Shown piece after piece: positions 9,426 to 18,536 of a DNA stretch of 35,400 bases; within the stretch, counting starts at the first letter, position 1; the number at the start of each line of letters is the position of its first letter. Position numbers and translations under genes: made by a program. Source of the DNA: a virus (Duplodnaviria > Caudoviricetes); the IMG/VR virus record IMGVR_UViG_3300017832_000020, positions 1 to 35,400 of that record; one strand, given 5' to 3'. The notes under the pieces are model-generated. The model did not search any database, was not told the DNA's origin, and saw only the letters and a list, made by a program, of their open reading frames with translations.

Positions 9426-9859
9426 ATGCAAATCAACTTATCAAAATTATTGATCGTCTCCAGCAACAAGAAGACGATTTAGGTGGAGATGGCGATGAAT
9501 TGAAAGTTTACTGCCGAACCTGTGGGGGTTACTTCATGGTTGCTCACTGTGAAACTGACGAAAGCGGAAAAAAGCGGATCAGTTTGATACACAGTGAGCC
9601 CGGGAAAATCTATAAGACTCAGGATGCTAATGAGCTCCGTGAACTTCTAGAGGGCATGCAGAGATGGGAGAATTATGATCTGAGGGTATATTGCCAAAAC
9701 TGTGAAAGCTATGTTCAAGACGCCGCCCTTGAAGCTGCCGAAAACGGTGAAAGGCAAATCGTGTTATATGTAAAGCCGACGGTCGCCGATCCGATCGGGG
9801 AATCGCCGGTCGAGGTACCCGAAGAAGAAAACGAATCCGATGCAGGTTCCACAGATTGA
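9422..9859 (+). CDS. Hypothetical protein with two internal CxxC repeats
   Basis: ELKVYCRTCGGY and DLRVYCQNCESY repeats; ATGA coupling; lower GC. Confidence 0.7.
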   Translation: MNANQLIKIIDRLQQQEDDLGGDGDELKVYCRTCGGYFMVAHCETDESGKKRISLIHSEPGKIYKTQDANELRELLEGMQRWENYDLRVYCQNCESYVQDAALEAAENGERQIVLYVKPTVADPIGESPVEVPEEENESDAGSTD

Positions 9860-9868
9860 CAGATTTTA

Positions 9869-9877
9869 TGGTAGAAT
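9869..9877 (+). promoter_or_regulatory. Putative extended -10 promoter (TGGTAGAAT) for the protease gene
   Basis: TGnTAGAAT about 30 nt upstream of ATG 9910 in an AT-rich gap. Confidence 0.45.
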
Positions 9878-9909
9878 ATACCTACCAACACATGAAGAAG
9901 GTGGAAGGA

Positions 9910-10701
9910 ATGCGGCGGAAACTCTTGTCCCTGATTGCCCTGTTCCTGTTGCTCGGTGCGACATACGCGACCGGCGCAGGCGGCCAATTCGTCAAGGTGT
10001 TCGTTAACGGCAAGCAAGTGCAGTCCGGCCAAATCATCGACGGATCGACGATGTTGCCGCTGCGCGCCATCGCGGAAGCGCTCGGCGCAACCGTGGAATG
10101 GGACGGCAGCACACGCACGGCGAAGATCACCACAAAGGAGCCGCCGGCAGAAGCGCAGCCCGGCCTCACGCTGGCGGAGCTGAATAAGATCGGCGAGTCG
10201 GTGCCGATGATCTACGCGCTGGACGCAGCCGGCCAGCCGTTCGAACAGGGGTCAGGATTCATATACAACGATCTGCTGATCACGAACTATCACGTCGTCG
10301 ACGAAAGTGACTCGCTGCGAGTCCATTTCGGAGGCAAGGTGGAGACGGTCAAAACTGAGCTGGTTATCAGCAACCCGGACGCCGATCTCGCCGCGGTCAG
10401 GATGCCCGGCTACCCATCGTTGAAACTCGCTACGACCGAGCCGAAGAAGGGCGACAAGGTGTATGTGCTCGGCCACCCGGATCAGCGGTTCACGTTGAGC
10501 GAAGGAACCATTCAATCTGTTTTGGAGTTCGATTATGATTATTCGGCAATAGTTAGCGATGCTGACACGTCGCCCGGAAGCAGCGGCGGTGTTATGGTCA
10601 ATGCATCGGGTGAAGTGATCGGGATCATTCGCGGTGGCTATGGAACATATAGCAACGCCCTGCATGTAAAGCATCTGGTCGACGAATTGAATAAGCTTTA
10701 A
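9910..10701 (+). CDS. Secreted trypsin-like serine protease with copper-amine-oxidase N-terminal (stalk) domain
   Basis: Signal peptide MRRKLLSLIALFLLLGA; stalk motif TMLPLRAIAEALGATVEWD; triad TNYHVV, DLA, PGSSGG. Confidence 0.85.
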   Translation: MRRKLLSLIALFLLLGATYATGAGGQFVKVFVNGKQVQSGQIIDGSTMLPLRAIAEALGATVEWDGSTRTAKITTKEPPAEAQPGLTLAELNKIGESVPMIYALDAAGQPFEQGSGFIYNDLLITNYHVVDESDSLRVHFGGKVETVKTELVISNPDADLAAVRMPGYPSLKLATTEPKKGDKVYVLGHPDQRFTLSEGTIQSVLEFDYDYSAIVSDADTSPGSSGGVMVNASGEVIGIIRGGYGTYSNALHVKHLVDELNKL

Positions 10702-10706
10702 CCCGA

Positions 10707-10738
10707 AGGGGCGCCTGTTCAGGCGCTCTTTCTATATT
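10707..10738 (+). terminator. Terminator after protease gene
   Basis: GGGGCGCCT-GTTC-AGGCGCTCT then TTCTATATT; a second hairpin AGAGCACCC/GGGTGCTCT lies at 10751-10775. Confidence 0.65.
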
Positions 10739-10797
10739 CGACACTAAGTCAGAGCACCCCCGAAAAGGGTGCTCTTGCTATTTTCGGGGGTGTTGAA

Positions 10798-12879
10798 ATG
10801 GCGACGAACACCGTCAAGGTGAAATCTGTAACGGTAACAAAACCCGGATCGACTACACCGGTTCCGCAACCGGCATCGGGGCTTGCGGGACTCGGGGCAG
10901 CGCTCGGAAACGCGATCAAGACGAATCAATCTGTACCGAAGCCGGCGACAACTCCGTCCACGAGCACGTCCAACGCAATCCCGCAGCCGACGAGCACGGT
11001 CAAAAACGCGGCTACATCGCCGGGAACCGCGCCCTCCACCGGTTATGGCGGCGCGACCTACGGAACCAACGCTCCGACGAACCGGGCGATCGAGGCCAAT
11101 CAGCAGAAAATCGCGACCGACCCTGCATTCCGCCAGAGCGAGATCGAGCGGACGCTGCAGGTTATTGCCGAGCGTCAGGCGAAAGGGTTGGATACGAGCG
11201 AGCAGATGAAGTATTTGACCAAAAATTTGGGGTATCAAGTACCAGTGAGCAGTCAAATCCCGCAACCTACGATTCCGCAGCCGACATCCGTTCCGAACCC
11301 GGGTGTGTTCGTGCCGCCGACGCCGACGCAGCAGATTCCGATCCAGGAACCGAAGATTCCGGTTATGGACATGGATGCCATCGAGAGATACGCGAGGGAG
11401 CAGATCGAAGCGCGTCTTGCAGCAATGCGTCAGGCATACGAGCAGGCCAAGCAGCGGGCAGAGACGGACGCCAGCCAGCAAAGCCAGCGTCTGGCCGATC
11501 AATTGGCGCAGGCGATCAAGGAACTTGAAACGGCTGCTTCTCAAGCGTCGCAGGGCATCACGACCAGCTTTGAACGGGCTCGGCAGAACATTGGCGAGAA
11601 TCGCGCAGTCGAGGACGTGACCAACGCCCGCCGGCTGTCGCCGTTCAGTGGCCGCAGCGACTATGCGCTCGGCATGATCGAGCAGGAGCGCGCCCGGACG
11701 GACCGCGAAATGCTCGAAGACTACAACACGCGGATCGGCAACATCAATCAACAGATGGCGAATATGCGCGCCGCACTCACGCAGCAGAATACGACCAGGC
11801 TGTCCGAGATCCAGGAGAACCTTGCGAACTTCAGGCGTGAGATCGACGAAAAATGGGCGCTCGCACAGACGCTTGCGCCGAAGGAACGTGAAGCGCTCGT
11901 CCGCGAGATCATGCAAGACGAACGGAATTACGAACTGATGCTGCGCGGGGAGCTCCGGTCGGACGTTCTGGCGAACAGCCAACTGAACAACGATGCTTTC
12001 ATGAGGGCCTTGGAGGCGTACAACGCGAACCGGCGTGCGTATGAAGATGACCGGAACTTTGACCGCAGCGTCTTCGAGAACGACCGCAACTTCAACTGGG
12101 GCCAATATCTCGACGTCGTCGACCGTACTGGCAACATCAACCCGAACGTCTTGAATGTTCCGGCCGTGCAGAGCGCAGGCGCGAATCCATACGCCCAACT
12201 GCTGACGACGGGCGGATCGCAACGGACGCTGCAAGGTCAAGCGATGGACTTGCAGAACAAGCAGGCGAACCTCGAAGCCGCGTTGGCGGTAGGCGAAGCA
12301 TCCGGCCGTCTCGTGACGCCGCAGGGCGATTGGGGCGGACTGTTCAGACAGGCGACCAATCCGAACACGCCGCTTAACCTTGCCGGCCAGCAATTCCAGG
12401 CAGATGAGCAGCAGCGCGCATTCCAGAATGACCTTGAGCTCCAGCGGTTCCGCGAAAACGTCCGGCAGTTCGGGCTCGAATACGCGGCGCGGCAAGCCGG
12501 TCTATCGCTCGAGCGAGCGCGCCTCGAGCTCGCGCGCGACGATAACGCCCGTCAGTGGGCGGCGCTCGACTGGCAGATGCGGCAGGCGGAGCAGCAGCGG
12601 CAAACTCCCCAATACAACGGCGCATCGATCAATCAGATTGTCGACAGCCTGCGGTCGCAGTACATGGAGCCGGTCTTCCAGACCAACGCACTCGGCGAAT
12701 CGGTCCGGACCGGCGAACGGCTCACGCAGGACGCTGCGAAGCGCGAGGACCTGTTCTTGCGGGTTGCATCGATGGGATTGCCGTATGACATGGAAAACCA
12801 AGTCATGTTGATGCTCGGCTTGTCTCCGAGCGAGATCAATCTGTTCGACCGCAAGTATGGATTCAATCAGAACAGGTAA
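10798..12879 (+). CDS. Putative internal virion / ejection protein
   Basis: 693 aa; P/T-rich N-terminus, long Q/A/E/R helical region, DRNF repeats; position typical of podophage ejection proteins. Confidence 0.6.
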   Translation: MATNTVKVKSVTVTKPGSTTPVPQPASGLAGLGAALGNAIKTNQSVPKPATTPSTSTSNAIPQPTSTVKNAATSPGTAPSTGYGGATYGTNAPTNRAIEANQQKIATDPAFRQSEIERTLQVIAERQAKGLDTSEQMKYLTKNLGYQVPVSSQIPQPTIPQPTSVPNPGVFVPPTPTQQIPIQEPKIPVMDMDAIERYAREQIEARLAAMRQAYEQAKQRAETDASQQSQRLADQLAQAIKELETAASQASQGITTSFERARQNIGENRAVEDVTNARRLSPFSGRSDYALGMIEQERARTDREMLEDYNTRIGNINQQMANMRAALTQQNTTRLSEIQENLANFRREIDEKWALAQTLAPKEREALVREIMQDERNYELMLRGELRSDVLANSQLNNDAFMRALEAYNANRRAYEDDRNFDRSVFENDRNFNWGQYLDVVDRTGNINPNVLNVPAVQSAGANPYAQLLTTGGSQRTLQGQAMDLQNKQANLEAALAVGEASGRLVTPQGDWGGLFRQATNPNTPLNLAGQQFQADEQQRAFQNDLELQRFRENVRQFGLEYAARQAGLSLERARLELARDDNARQWAALDWQMRQAEQQRQTPQYNGASINQIVDSLRSQYMEPVFQTNALGESVRTGERLTQDAAKREDLFLRVASMGLPYDMENQVMLMLGLSPSEINLFDRKYGFNQNR

Positions 12880-12894
12880 GGAGGGTAGGCGGCC

Positions 12895-15800
12895 ATGCCG
12901 AGCCGATACGAACAGCTTCAGCAGCGCGGGGATGAAGCGAGAAGACGGGTTCTCGAACGCTTGAGCGTGCCCGTCACCGTACCGACGACGGCCAGCAGCG
13001 GCCGCCTGTCTCGTTTTGAACAACTGCAGCAGATGCGCTTGACGCAGCCGATGCAGCAACCGGCAACCACGCAGACGTTGAAGGAAGCCGCGCGACAAGC
13101 CGCGCCCGAACGGTTCGCGCCGGAACTGCAGCGCGTCCAAGACTTCACACGGCCGCAATTCATCGACAAGTTCCCGCGAACTGAGGTGAAGGCCGAGTCG
13201 AAGACCGAGACGAAACCGGCGAAGAAGGGACTGGCCGCACAGGCCGGCGCCGGTAAGTTCACGGAAACGATGTTCGCGATGGCCGGGGATGCGCTGGACA
13301 ATCTGACATTCGGACTGACGGACAAACTGACCGACCGCATCGAACGGTACGTCCGCGGCGACCGCGAACGCACGCCGCAGGAAGAACAGGCGGCGCAACT
13401 GTTCGGCATGGTCGGATACCTGGGCGCTGGCGCCGGTGCCTACCGAGCCGCAAGAGGGCTGACGGGACAGGTCACGAAGCAGCTCCCTAAACTGGCCGAC
13501 GACGCCGCGGCGAAGGTGATCGCTCGGACGAACTTGTCGCCTTTCACCGCGGCATCCGCTCGAATGGCCGCGCAGAGCGCCGGGCGGGCCGCCGGACATG
13601 CGCTCACCGGCGCGACGGCGGGGGCGATCTTCCAGACGCCGTATGAGATCACGGAAGCGGCGTTCGGGAAGAACGACCAAACGCTCGGCCAGCGGCTCGG
13701 CGACATCGCCGAAAGTGCGGCGCTCGGGGCTATTCTCGATCCGGTTGTGGAAGCGTATGTCGGGGCCGTCGGCAACATGCTGCGGCGCACGACCCGTGCG
13801 TTCGAACCGACGCGCGCCCGTGTCGTAAAACGGCCGTCGCTGGATCAAGTGCTTACCGAAATCAAGCCGATCGTGCAGGAGCGGATGACGCCGCCGCTGG
13901 AAAACCCGCGGGAGTTGGCACGGTGGATTCAGCAGAACAGCGGCATCCCCGATCTCTCGCTGAACGAGATCCGGAAGTTGCCCTATGAGGGCATGCGGCA
14001 ATTGGCCGAAGACATCCGCCGGAACATGAACATCTACGACACGTCCATCGCTGTCGCGCGTGAACGCGGATACGACCTCGAAAAACTGCTGGCGGGCCCG
14101 CGGCGGGTGTCGCCGGAGGCGCTGCAGCGGGGCCGCGAAACACTTCGCATGCGTGAGATTGCCGGTGTTCCGCTGGTGCGCTCGCAAGACCCGACATGGG
14201 CGGAACGTGCTTCTCGGATGTCTCGGGCGGAACAACTCGCCCAGCGGGCAGAGGCGCAACCAGCGCAGGCATCTCAGCCTGCACAACCCACGCTGGCCGC
14301 ACACACGCGGCAGCTCGAAGAACCGAAACCGGCGCGCGCCGCAGATGACGACATTCCATTCGCCGACGAGATCGAACCGCCGCAGCCGGACGAGATCGCG
14401 CCGCGTGTCCGGGATCGGGTGAATGCCTACGCAGACAGGCTGATCGAAAGCGCACGCGCCGAGCTGGCCGCCAGCCGGAACCGCCTGAGCAGCAACCCGG
14501 TCGACATCTACGCCCAATACGCGAAGATCGGCGCCGGCTACATGCTCAAGGGCGCGGTCAGGCTCGCCGACTTCACCGAGCAGATGGTCCGGGACTTCGG
14601 CGAGCAGATTCGGCCGTATGTCCGCGAAATCTACAAGCGAGCGAAGGATCAATACAAGGTCATCCAAAAGCAGATCGAATCCGAAGAACTTGGCCTGACC
14701 GGTTTCGAAGGGCAAGAGCTGAAAGACCTGTCGACGATCAACCTGAACACGGCAGACGTGTACCGCAACTTCAAGACGGTGTTCGGCCCGCACTATGAGA
14801 GCGTGAAGCGCGCCATCCTCGATCCGTTCGACGCCGCGAAGGGCGCATACGCCGAGGAGCAGAAGCGGCTCACAGACGCGCTCTACAACGACATCGTGAA
14901 GGGGCTCGGCATCAAGAAGGGATCGAAGGAATCCGCGCTGGTACAGCAGTTCGGCGAGGGCCGGATCACGCTGGATGAGTTGCAGAAGGCTGCGCCGGAC
15001 AAGTGGCAGAACATCGTGCAGGCGAACGAATGGTTCCGCCGGCAATACGACGACCTAATCCGCCGAGTGAACGAGGTTCTGGCGAGAATATACCCGAATC
15101 GACCGGAGAAGTTGGTTCCGTACCGGAAGGACTACTATCGCCACTTCCAGGAGCTGCGGGGCTGGTCTGGACTCAAGAACCTGTTCGACACCACGGCAAC
15201 GCAGATTTCCCCGTCTCTCAGCGGCATCTCGCCGTTTACGCAGCCGAAGACGAAATGGGCGAGCTTCAAACAGCGCCGCGGGCTCGGCGAATTCAAAGAC
15301 GATGCGGTTGGAGGCTTTCTCGACTACATTCCGGCGGCGTCGTATGCGATCCATATCGACCCGCATATCAGCGTGTTCCGCAACCTCGCGAAGCGGCTGG
15401 CCGAGGACACGGAGCAGACCCGGAATCTCAACAACTTCATCCGCTGGTTGAACAATTACGCCAACGACCTCGCCGGCAAAACCTCGCCGATCGACCGATG
15501 GGTTGAGGAAGTCGGCGGCCGGAAGGCTCTGCATCTGCTCACCAAGGCGAACAACCGGGTGAAGGTGAACGTCATCCTCGGCAACGTGCGGTCGACGCTG
15601 TCGCAGCTCGCCAATATCCCGAACGGGATTGCGTATGGCGGTATCGACGCCCCGGCCGGCGCCCTGCGGACGATCCAGAGCGTGTTTCAACCGAACGAAG
15701 CGATGCAGCGGTCAAAGTTCCTGAAAGAGCGTTACATCGAAGGCGCGTTCCGCCGCTTCGACCAAAAGTGGTGGGAGCAGCCGCGTCGATTCGCTGAATT

Positions 15801-16755
15801 CATGATGGAGGCGTCCGACCGCATCGGCACGTCGTTCGTATGGAACACGGCGTATGCGAAAGCCATCCGGCAGGGTGTCGCCGATCCGGTGAAGTTCGCG
15901 GACGAGCAGACGCGCCGGCTGGTCGGCGGGCGCGGCGTTGGCGAGCAGCCGCTGATGATCAAATCAAAGGTGTTCAATCTCGTCGCGCCTTTCCAGCTCG
16001 AGGTCAACAACCTCTGGCGCGTCATGAAGGACTTCGTCGACGAGAAGCGCTTCGGCGCGCTGGTGACGCTTTTCGTTTCGAACTGGCTGCTCAATCAGGC
16101 ATTCGAGCGCGTCACGGGCAGCGGCGTTGTGCTCGATCCGATCGACGCGATTTACGAGGCCGTGACCGCGGAAGACGCGACGATCCTGCAGCGTGCCGGC
16201 CGCATCGCGGGCGAGGCACTTTCGAACCTGCCGCTCGGCCAAACGATCGCCTCGCTCTACCCGGAATACGGCACGAACCTGTACGGACTGGAACTGCCTT
16301 CTCGCCGGGAACTATTCGGCGAGAACGACCCGACGCGCTTCGGATCCGGATTGCTGGCCGCGGACGCTGTCACGGACCCGGTGTTCAAGTTCATCCTGCC
16401 GTTCGGCGGCAACCAGCTCAAAAAAACGATCAGCGGCGTCGATGCGCTCGTCCGCGGCGGATCGTACACCGAGAACGTGCTGACGACCGGCGCGCGGATT
16501 GAGGAACCAAAGCTGCGGTTCCCGGTCGAAAGTACGCCACAAAACACCCTTCGCGCGGCACTTTTCGGGCCATATGCCACTTCCGAGGGGCAAGAGTACA
16601 CCCGTGAGAACAGAAGGCCGTTAAGTGAGCGTCAAACAAGGGTTTATCAGAACATCGACGATCCGCAGACGTTCTACAGGACGCTGATGGATCAGCGGCG
16701 GAGAGAGACAGAGCTGAAAAAACTGCGTGAACAGCAACTGAAAGGGCTGCGCTGA
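12895..16755 (+). CDS. Large internal virion / ejection protein (polyvalent-protein-like)
   Basis: 1286 aa; Gly/Ala-rich hydrophobic segments; last gene before the lysis cassette; AGGAGGG RBS. Confidence 0.65.
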   Translation: MPSRYEQLQQRGDEARRRVLERLSVPVTVPTTASSGRLSRFEQLQQMRLTQPMQQPATTQTLKEAARQAAPERFAPELQRVQDFTRPQFIDKFPRTEVKAESKTETKPAKKGLAAQAGAGKFTETMFAMAGDALDNLTFGLTDKLTDRIERYVRGDRERTPQEEQAAQLFGMVGYLGAGAGAYRAARGLTGQVTKQLPKLADDAAAKVIARTNLSPFTAASARMAAQSAGRAAGHALTGATAGAIFQTPYEITEAAFGKNDQTLGQRLGDIAESAALGAILDPVVEAYVGAVGNMLRRTTRAFEPTRARVVKRPSLDQVLTEIKPIVQERMTPPLENPRELARWIQQNSGIPDLSLNEIRKLPYEGMRQLAEDIRRNMNIYDTSIAVARERGYDLEKLLAGPRRVSPEALQRGRETLRMREIAGVPLVRSQDPTWAERASRMSRAEQLAQRAEAQPAQASQPAQPTLAAHTRQLEEPKPARAADDDIPFADEIEPPQPDEIAPRVRDRVNAYADRLIESARAELAASRNRLSSNPVDIYAQYAKIGAGYMLKGAVRLADFTEQMVRDFGEQIRPYVREIYKRAKDQYKVIQKQIESEELGLTGFEGQELKDLSTINLNTADVYRNFKTVFGPHYESVKRAILDPFDAAKGAYAEEQKRLTDALYNDIVKGLGIKKGSKESALVQQFGEGRITLDELQKAAPDKWQNIVQANEWFRRQYDDLIRRVNEVLARIYPNRPEKLVPYRKDYYRHFQELRGWSGLKNLFDTTATQISPSLSGISPFTQPKTKWASFKQRRGLGEFKDDAVGGFLDYIPAASYAIHIDPHISVFRNLAKRLAEDTEQTRNLNNFIRWLNNYANDLAGKTSPIDRWVEEVGGRKALHLLTKANNRVKVNVILGNVRSTLSQLANIPNGIAYGGIDAPAGALRTIQSVFQPNEAMQRSKFLKERYIEGAFRRFDQKWWEQPRRFAEFMMEASDRIGTSFVWNTAYAKAIRQGVADPVKFADEQTRRLVGGRGVGEQPLMIKSKVFNLVAPFQLEVNNLWRVMKDFVDEKRFGALVTLFVSNWLLNQAFERVTGSGVVLDPIDAIYEAVTAEDATILQRAGRIAGEALSNLPLGQTIASLYPEYGTNLYGLELPSRRELFGENDPTRFGSGLLAADAVTDPVFKFILPFGGNQLKKTISGVDALVRGGSYTENVLTTGARIEEPKLRFPVESTPQNTLRAALFGPYATSEGQEYTRENRRPLSERQTRVYQNIDDPQTFYRTLMDQRRRETELKKLREQQLKGLR

Positions 16756-16790
16756 ACAGGCGCGGCCCTCAATTTTTGGAGGGATGCCTG

Positions 16791-17216
16791 ATGTCTATGG
16801 AAAACTGGCTTCCGGCGCTGAAGCCTGGCGTCGCGGTTGTCGGCGCCGTTACGTCGTTCCTGTTCGGGGGTTGGTCGCATCTGCTGTCTGTTCTGCTGGT
16901 GTTCGTCGCTCTGGATTACCTGTCTGGAGTCGGAGCGGCGGCAAAGGAGGGAAAATTGCGCAGCGACGTCGGACTGTGGGGCATCGCGAGAAAAGTCGCG
17001 ATTTTCGCGGTCGTGGCCGTGGCGCATCTGGTCGACACGACGCTCGGCGATGCGCATCTATTCCGTGATGCCGCCATTTTCTTCTACCTCGCAAATGAAG
17101 CACTCTCGGTGACGGAAAATCTCGGCCGAGTAGGCGTACCGATTCCACCGGCCGTCCAGCGCGCGGTGGAAGTGCTGCGCGGGAAGGGGGATGTCAGCGA
17201 TGCGGATCGTCATTGA
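16791..17216 (+). CDS. Holin (Phage_holin_4 / TcdE-like family)
   Basis: Transmembrane helices; LDYLSG...S..GLWGIARK...D...FFYLANEALSVTENLGRVGVPIP motif; directly upstream of the amidase. Confidence 0.9.
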   Translation: MSMENWLPALKPGVAVVGAVTSFLFGGWSHLLSVLLVFVALDYLSGVGAAAKEGKLRSDVGLWGIARKVAIFAVVAVAHLVDTTLGDAHLFRDAAIFFYLANEALSVTENLGRVGVPIPPAVQRAVEVLRGKGDVSDADRH

Positions 17217-17913
17217 CGCGGGGCATGGTCCAGAAACGCCGGGCAAGCGCACGCCGGACGGCTCGCTCCGGGAGTACCAATTCAACAGCGCCGTTGCCAA
17301 ATATGCAGCGGACGAACTGCTGCACGGCTACGAAAGCGTCGAAATCCTTTTTACGCACGCGGATGATCGCGACGTTCCGCTCCGGGAGCGCACCGATCGG
17401 GCGAACAGATGGGGCGCCGACCTGTTTGTTTCGATTCACGCGAATGCCGCCGGGGAAGGCTGGAGCAGCGCGCAGGGTATCGAGACGTATGTCTACGATA
17501 CGCGCCCGCCAGCGGCCGTGGCGCTGGCGAATGCCGTCCAGCGGCAGCTCATCCGCGCCACGGGTCGCCCGGATCGGGGGGTGAAGTCGGCGAATTTTCA
17601 CGTCCTGCGGGAAACAAAAATGACGGCCATCCTGGTCGAATGCGGGTTTATGACCAATCGGACCGAGGCCGAGCTGCTCAAGAGCGACGAATACCGCCGC
17701 AAGTGCGCGGAGGCCATCGTCGCCGGGATCGTGGAGACATACGGACTCCGGCCGAAGCAGCCCGCGCAGAAACCCGCGACAGAGGACTGGCGCGCCGAGT
17801 TTGTGGCCGCCCGGGAATGGGCTGTCGAGAACGGCATCACGGACGGCAGCCGGCCGAAGGACACGGTGACACGCGAGGAACTCTGGGTGATGCTGTATCG
17901 GATGCAGAAATAA
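17200..17913 (+). CDS. Endolysin, N-acetylmuramoyl-L-alanine amidase (Amidase_3) with C-terminal SLH-like domain
   Basis: IDAGHG, E, SIHANA and LVECGF motifs; C-terminal EWAVENGITDGSRPKDTVTREE. Confidence 0.92.
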   Translation: MRIVIDAGHGPETPGKRTPDGSLREYQFNSAVAKYAADELLHGYESVEILFTHADDRDVPLRERTDRANRWGADLFVSIHANAAGEGWSSAQGIETYVYDTRPPAAVALANAVQRQLIRATGRPDRGVKSANFHVLRETKMTAILVECGFMTNRTEAELLKSDEYRRKCAEAIVAGIVETYGLRPKQPAQKPATEDWRAEFVAAREWAVENGITDGSRPKDTVTREELWVMLYRMQK

Positions 17914-17915
17914 CG

Positions 17916-17957
17916 AAATCCCCGCCTGGCCGAATGGCTGGCGGGGATTTTTTTTTT
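17916..17957. terminator. Terminator after endolysin (possibly bidirectional)
   Basis: AAATCCCCGCC/GGCGGGGATTT stem with a long T run on the + strand. Confidence 0.88.
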
Positions 17958-18003
17958 GCTTTTAAACGAGGCCGAGGCGGTGCTTCCGCACAACGGCACG
18001 CCC

Positions 18004-18032
18004 AATATATCACATTCATGAACCAATGTAAA
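18004..18032 (-). promoter_or_regulatory. Leftward SigA-type promoter
   Basis: Minus strand TTTACA (18032-18027), 17 bp, TATATT (18009-18004), with TG extension. Confidence 0.6.
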
Positions 18033-18035
18033 GTC

Positions 18036-18064
18036 TGGACAATTCTTCCGTATGGTCATATAAT
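18036..18064 (+). promoter_or_regulatory. Rightward SigA-type promoter
   Basis: TGGACA (18036-18041), 17 bp, TATAAT (18059-18064). Confidence 0.75.
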
Positions 18065-18067
18065 TTG

Positions 18068-18081
18068 AGAACAGATGTTCG
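18068..18081. promoter_or_regulatory. LexA/DinR SOS (Cheo) box
   Basis: aGAAC-AGAT-GTTCg fits GAAC-RNRY-GTTC and overlaps the predicted +1 of the rightward promoter. Confidence 0.8.
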
Positions 18082-18096
18082 CATTTGGGTGATGGT

Positions 18097-18288
18097 ATGA
18101 TAATCGAAATCTGCACATGTATGGTCAACGCTCGACCACGCTGGACGAGAGACGAAGGACCGCCTGCCTTCATCTGCACAAAGTGCCAACGTCCTATAAA
18201 CGGATATTTAGAGCATTGGTTGAAACGTAAAAAGTGGGAAGAAAGGCGGGAAGGAAAAATTAGGGATTATTACATGTACAAATATTGA
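18097..18288 (+). CDS. Small SOS-controlled Cys4 (CxC...CxxC) protein
   Basis: GGGTGA RBS, ATG 18097; ICTC...ICTKC; first ORF after the SOS box. Confidence 0.65.
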   Translation: MIIEICTCMVNARPRWTRDEGPPAFICTKCQRPINGYLEHWLKRKKWEERREGKIRDYYMYKY

Positions 18289-18536
18289 CTTTTGAAGACG
18301 AAAATAATAGGACGCCCCACATGGAGGCGTATTCATACATCCAGAAAGGAGCGGTTGCGGCGATGGTTGATCTGGAAATATATTTAGCAGAGTTGAAAGA
18401 TCGCGGGGTCGATGTCACGGAAGCCGTCGAATATCTCGAGGGCATCATTTCGGATCAATCATCTCCGCCGCCGCACGGAGTATTTGCAGCAGATGACGCT
18501 TCTGTTCCTCCGTCAGAACACGGCCTTTGTAGGTGA
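18285..18536 (+). CDS. Small acidic helical hypothetical protein overlapping the repressor 3' end
   Basis: TTGA coupling to the upstream ORF (alternative ATG 18321); amphipathic core; about 90 nt antisense overlap with the repressor. Confidence 0.4.
   Translation: MTFEDENNRTPHMEAYSYIQKGAVAAMVDLEIYLAELKDRGVDVTEAVEYLEGIISDQSSPPPHGVFAADDASVPPSEHGLCR

Noticed and set aside
8290-9860. Diversity-generating retroelement or invertible tail-fibre switch
   Set aside because: No reverse transcriptase, invertase, template/variable repeat pair or inverted fibre copies are seen in the window.
9856-9861. TTGACA as the -35 for the protease promoter, and TTG 9856 as its start codon
   Set aside because: Only 10 bp from TAGAAT, and the signal peptide begins at ATG 9910.
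594-15045. Long minus-strand ORFs (594..1853, 2805..4871, 6617..7852, 10744..12495, 12502..15045)
   Set aside because: Antisense shadows of high-GC structural genes, with no RBS or recognisable motifs.
18260-18448. 62-aa minus-strand ORF coupled to the repressor stop
   Set aside because: Ser/Thr-rich with no RBS; the opposite-strand ORF looks more protein-like. Not fully excluded.
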